Assembly (NCBI GenBank): GCA_964252035.1
Contig: OZ176203.1
From: Podarcis erhardii
Lineage: Eukaryota
Strand: one strand, 5' to 3'
DNA length: 64,000 nt
Every line of letters starts with the position of its first letter. The stretch's first letter is position 1. The notes under the pieces are model-generated. The model made no database searches and had not been told where the DNA came from. It was given only the letters and a program-made list of their open reading frames with translations. Shown in pieces: positions 60,354 through 64,000 of the stretch. The position numbers were made by a program, and so were the translations under genes.

Positions 60354-62700
60354 CTGCTGGTGAAATAAAGGATACTTACTGCAGTTTTCTCTTTATTTTC
60401 GGCAGCTTCCAGAACTGCTATTTTTTTTCCAGGGGGAGTAATTAAATTTCTGTTCAAAGAAAATTTCAGGTTGACATACAATAAGCCTTGCAGTGTAGCT
60501 GTTAATGACTGACGTGTGTGCCTTTCTAGTCACACAACTGTTTGGTTTCCTGGACCAGGATAGCTATCCAAATTTCTGTATAGTAATTCTTAATCCTACA
60601 GCTATCAACAGGATTTTAAATATGTGTATATATTTTCTTGAGGACTTAACTTCTTTTGTGCCTTGGGATACATATGAAACTTATTAGCCCACTCAAACTC
60701 TTGAATGCATACCATATAGAGAGCCATTACTTAAGCCCACTGGGGAAACATACAGACACCAGGAAGCAAGTAATGAAGTGGCACATAAGTGGTTAAGTTG
60801 GAAGTAAAGTTTCACTGAACAAGCTTTCCCCCAAGTTTGATATTTAAATTATTTAAGGTTACTATATTGAGTCTCACTATATAGCTTTTATTCAATATTT
60901 CACTTGATATTTTTAAAACCAAAGTTTATTTGTTTCTCCTGTCCCAACTACTGTTAACTTATTATTGACTACAGAGCCATATAACTATATATATATTTGC
61001 ACCTTATTCTAAAGTAATCTGAGAAGAAGCAAATAAAGCCAAGGATTACTTGACTGCTTTTCCAGTCTGGTTATGAGGAAATTTAAGGTCCTACTATTGA
61101 ACCTCTTCTGGTCCAGCAAACTGCAGTTACACCATTCCAACTGATTACTTTCAGTTGTAAATTTATTGTACAAATGATTATTTTAAAAAAATCTAAACTA
61201 AACTTAACTGATATAATGTCTGTGTATAATTTGCTCCCGGAATCAAGGACGAAATAAATGTGTTTTTATTGGTGTGGAAATCAAAGCTTGTAAATAAGTC
61301 TAGTGCATATAACTTTTTCCAGCTCTCAAACTGTGTATTTTTGTACATACCACATTTCCTTAAAACTTGTGGCTACAATGCTAGCTGCTGTTCACTCCTG
61401 TTACTGGCTTACACAATAATTCTCTTCTTGCAACATATGCAGCCTCTTGGGGAACAGCCTTCATTGTATGAACAAGCTTTGTAGGAACACTGATAATTCT
61501 TGGTTCTTTCCATGGGTTTTTAATATCTTTGAGGCAGGAGGCAGTAGCAAACCAAATTTGAATTCTGAAAAAGTGTGGTATGTGTGTTCCAACACTGTGT
61601 GTATCTGTTAATTCTTGATTTACTTTTCTCATGTCTTAAGAGCAAATGAGGTTTTATTTGTAGAGGGAGCAAAAAGCAAGCCCCGTGTTTCTCATGAATT
61701 TGCCAATACTGGGCTTTGAATTTGCCAGTACTGGGCTTTGAAAGTTAAAGTAAGTTGAGTTTTCTTTTTGGAAATAGAAACATACACTTGTATTTGGGCA
61801 CTTCTTTTCTTGAAGTTACAATGGGAGGTTGGCTGACTGTCTCTTTGTGTTTAATTTACTTTAATTAAGTTAGGGAAAAATGTATGCAACCCCTTAAACG
61901 TTTTTCAACAAAATTTCCTCTGTACCTTCTTTCAGTTATAAGAATTAATGAGACTACACAATATTGATATGTTCACACTTCAATTTTGCATCTAAATGAT
62001 AAAATGTATTTAAACTTGTTATGGCCCTTCTACATTGAATACTTGTGAACAACAGCTTGAATGTTAAAAGTACATTTCGAATGTGGTGAACAACTTGATA
62101 CCTTGATTTTGGGTCTTTCACAAGAAATTATTTTATTAGCAGTTAGTGTTGATGTGTTTTCTCTGGTTTGGTTTTAGAGCACCGTAACATTTTTATGTCA
62201 CTAAAATGCAGCAGAACCATAGTCTAATCACTACTTCAGGAGACTACATGTGTATATGGAGAGGGGATTGGTTTCTGGGTAAAGATGTAAATAATCAATT
62301 TGCAATATGTGTATCTGAAAAATTAAGGATTATGCTATTTATAGATATCTGTCAAGCTTGTAAATACTATCAAATGGGTTAAAGGAGTATAATTTTTGTG
62401 AATTTCACAGGTTTATTTGTGACTGGAAAAATTAACTCCTACTATGGAAATTAAAGTTCAACAATGACATTTGTGACACTTCCTACTTGTAGTTCTGTAA
62501 GACTGTTACACTCCACAGAGGATTTAAACATAGAAAAGCAAACTGTAGGGAAAGGATATTCAGAAACACAATTACCCAGTCTTATTTCTTATTTTAATGG
62601 TGCCCTGAAACGTAGGGAATAAACTGTCACTAAAACCCCCCAGAAAAGCCAACCAGTAGGAAAATGAATAAAAATCTTGAATATTTTAAACAAAAGTTGC
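60065..62700 (+). other. TRAPPC10: Probable TRAPPC10 3' UTR with several AATAAA signals (60364, 61032, 61253, 62618, 62667)
   Basis: AT-rich and largely transposon-free after the stop codon; the true end point cannot be determined from sequence. Confidence 0.5.
60309..60350. repeat. (TC)21 microsatellite in the 3' UTR
   Basis: Directly visible. Confidence 0.95.
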
Positions 62701-63829
62701 TTACAGTTCTGACATTCAGCTTTCCTTTATACGTTCCTTGGTTTGAGATTTCTAGGTATTAAGTGGCTCTAAGCTGAGCTGATCAGTTATTTTCAGGCAG
62801 CTTTTCTATTAGTAGCATCTGTTGGCTCTCACTTAATTTATTTTGTAGGACCAGGCTGAGCCGTAAGAGTACTAATATACTTTAAGATAATTATATGGTG
62901 GTGCACAAGGCTTAACACATGCAGCTACTTTAGCTTCACTGTTTTTTTTAAATCCTACCAGGAAGTTTTATCCTCTCATGTTCTCTTGATGTTTCTTGGT
63001 ATATTTGGGGTAGCATTTATGTATATATCTGAGCTTTGGGAAGCAATCATTGTTGTTCCTAGTTTAAGGAGTCACTACAGATGAAACTTGGCACCAGCTT
63101 ATTCTGGCAATTACTTTAAATGATGTTGACTCTTGCAGTATGATGAGTCTCTCTTATGAACTGGGTGACAAACTAAAGCAGCACTACCACATCCTGGTTC
63201 AAAAGGCAATGCTTTTTGGAGAAAGCCACCTGCTAAATGCCTGCTTGTTGAAGTATTGTACATCAGAATGGTTTCTCTGGAGCTACACCTGACATGGATC
63301 TCCAGCTCCCAGATCTAGGAAAGATTTTCTCCAGAAGCACCACCTACTGTGAATGGTTACTGTTGGAAAAAGTACTGCAGTGTGGAATGTACAGGGAGGG
63401 GAGTAGAGTTCACACTGGTGTGAAAGTTTCTTTAAAACAGAAGTCTTCAACCTTTTCTTACCTGGGATTCACTTTTAACCCAAATAAGCATTTGGGGACT
63501 AATTTAGTTTAAAGATAATTTTTCTTCCAGTTTTACATTTTAACTTTGGATAAAATTAGTTGTACACTACAAATAAAAGTGACAGTATAAAGGTGGTTGA
63601 TCTAGTTCATATTGAAAAGCAGACTGTGGTAGGAATCTGGAATTCATAAACTAAATCTTGCTAGCTACCTCTGACCTGTGCCAAGAGCACCCTTTTTAAA
63701 AACAGTACTTGATCCAGGATTGAGATTCCATTCTCAAGAAATCCACAAAAGTTTTCTATCTGATACACAGCTCATTATTATTGGGTTGGGGTATTATTGG
63801 GGCAGGGGGGGCGTTGGTGGTGTTACTAT

Positions 63830-64000
63830 TTTTGTGTATCTTTATTTTTAGATTTATGATTTAATGTGTAAACTGTTCTCTTTAGTTGTGTACTTTTTGA
63901 TGTGTCTTATTTATTCTTTGTTATTTTTTGTTATACTGTATACATTTTTAAAATGTTAAGCCAACTTGAGCATGGTTTTAGCTATGGAAAGGCGGCATAC
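63830..64000 (+). mobile_element. L2 LINE 3' end, running off the window
   Basis: T-rich tract followed by gttaagccaacttgagcatggttttagctatggaaaggcggcatac, a typical squamate L2 terminus. Confidence 0.6.

Noticed and set aside
1-64000. Prokaryotic-type systems (CRISPR arrays, operons), rRNA genes, snoRNAs, endogenous viral ORFs
   Set aside because: No regularly spaced repeat-spacer array, no long intronless ORFs and no recognisable rRNA, snoRNA box structure or viral protein motifs were seen by eye.

Overview
Vertebrate (squamate, probably lacertid lizard) genomic DNA. The window holds the last 72 coding bases and the long 3' UTR of AGPAT3 (+, about 1-3.3 kb), a ~13.5 kb transposon-rich intergenic spacer, a CpG-island promoter (~16.7-17.7 kb) and the complete 23-exon TRAPPC10 gene (+, CDS 17162-60064, 3870 nt, 1289 aa) with its 3' UTR. 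This AGPAT3-TRAPPC10 order matches human 21q22.3. All 22 introns are GT-AG and the exons join into one uninterrupted frame. Introns and spacer carry Sauria SINEs, tRNA-headed CR1-tailed SINEs, RTE/BovB, L1, L2 and CR1 fragments, and mariner- and hAT-like MITEs. I see no convincing wholly new biological system. The best leads are gene-regulatory: a U12-type intron 12 with a competing frameshifting U2 donor and a young BovB insertion, a poly-Ala N-terminal extension preceded by an in-frame uORF, a SINE tail that appears to supply the exon 5 branch point, and an inverted SINE pair bracketing exons 5-9. Most ORFs in the supplied track are artefacts or transposon remnants. Comparisons with human proteins and repeat families are from recall, not database searches.
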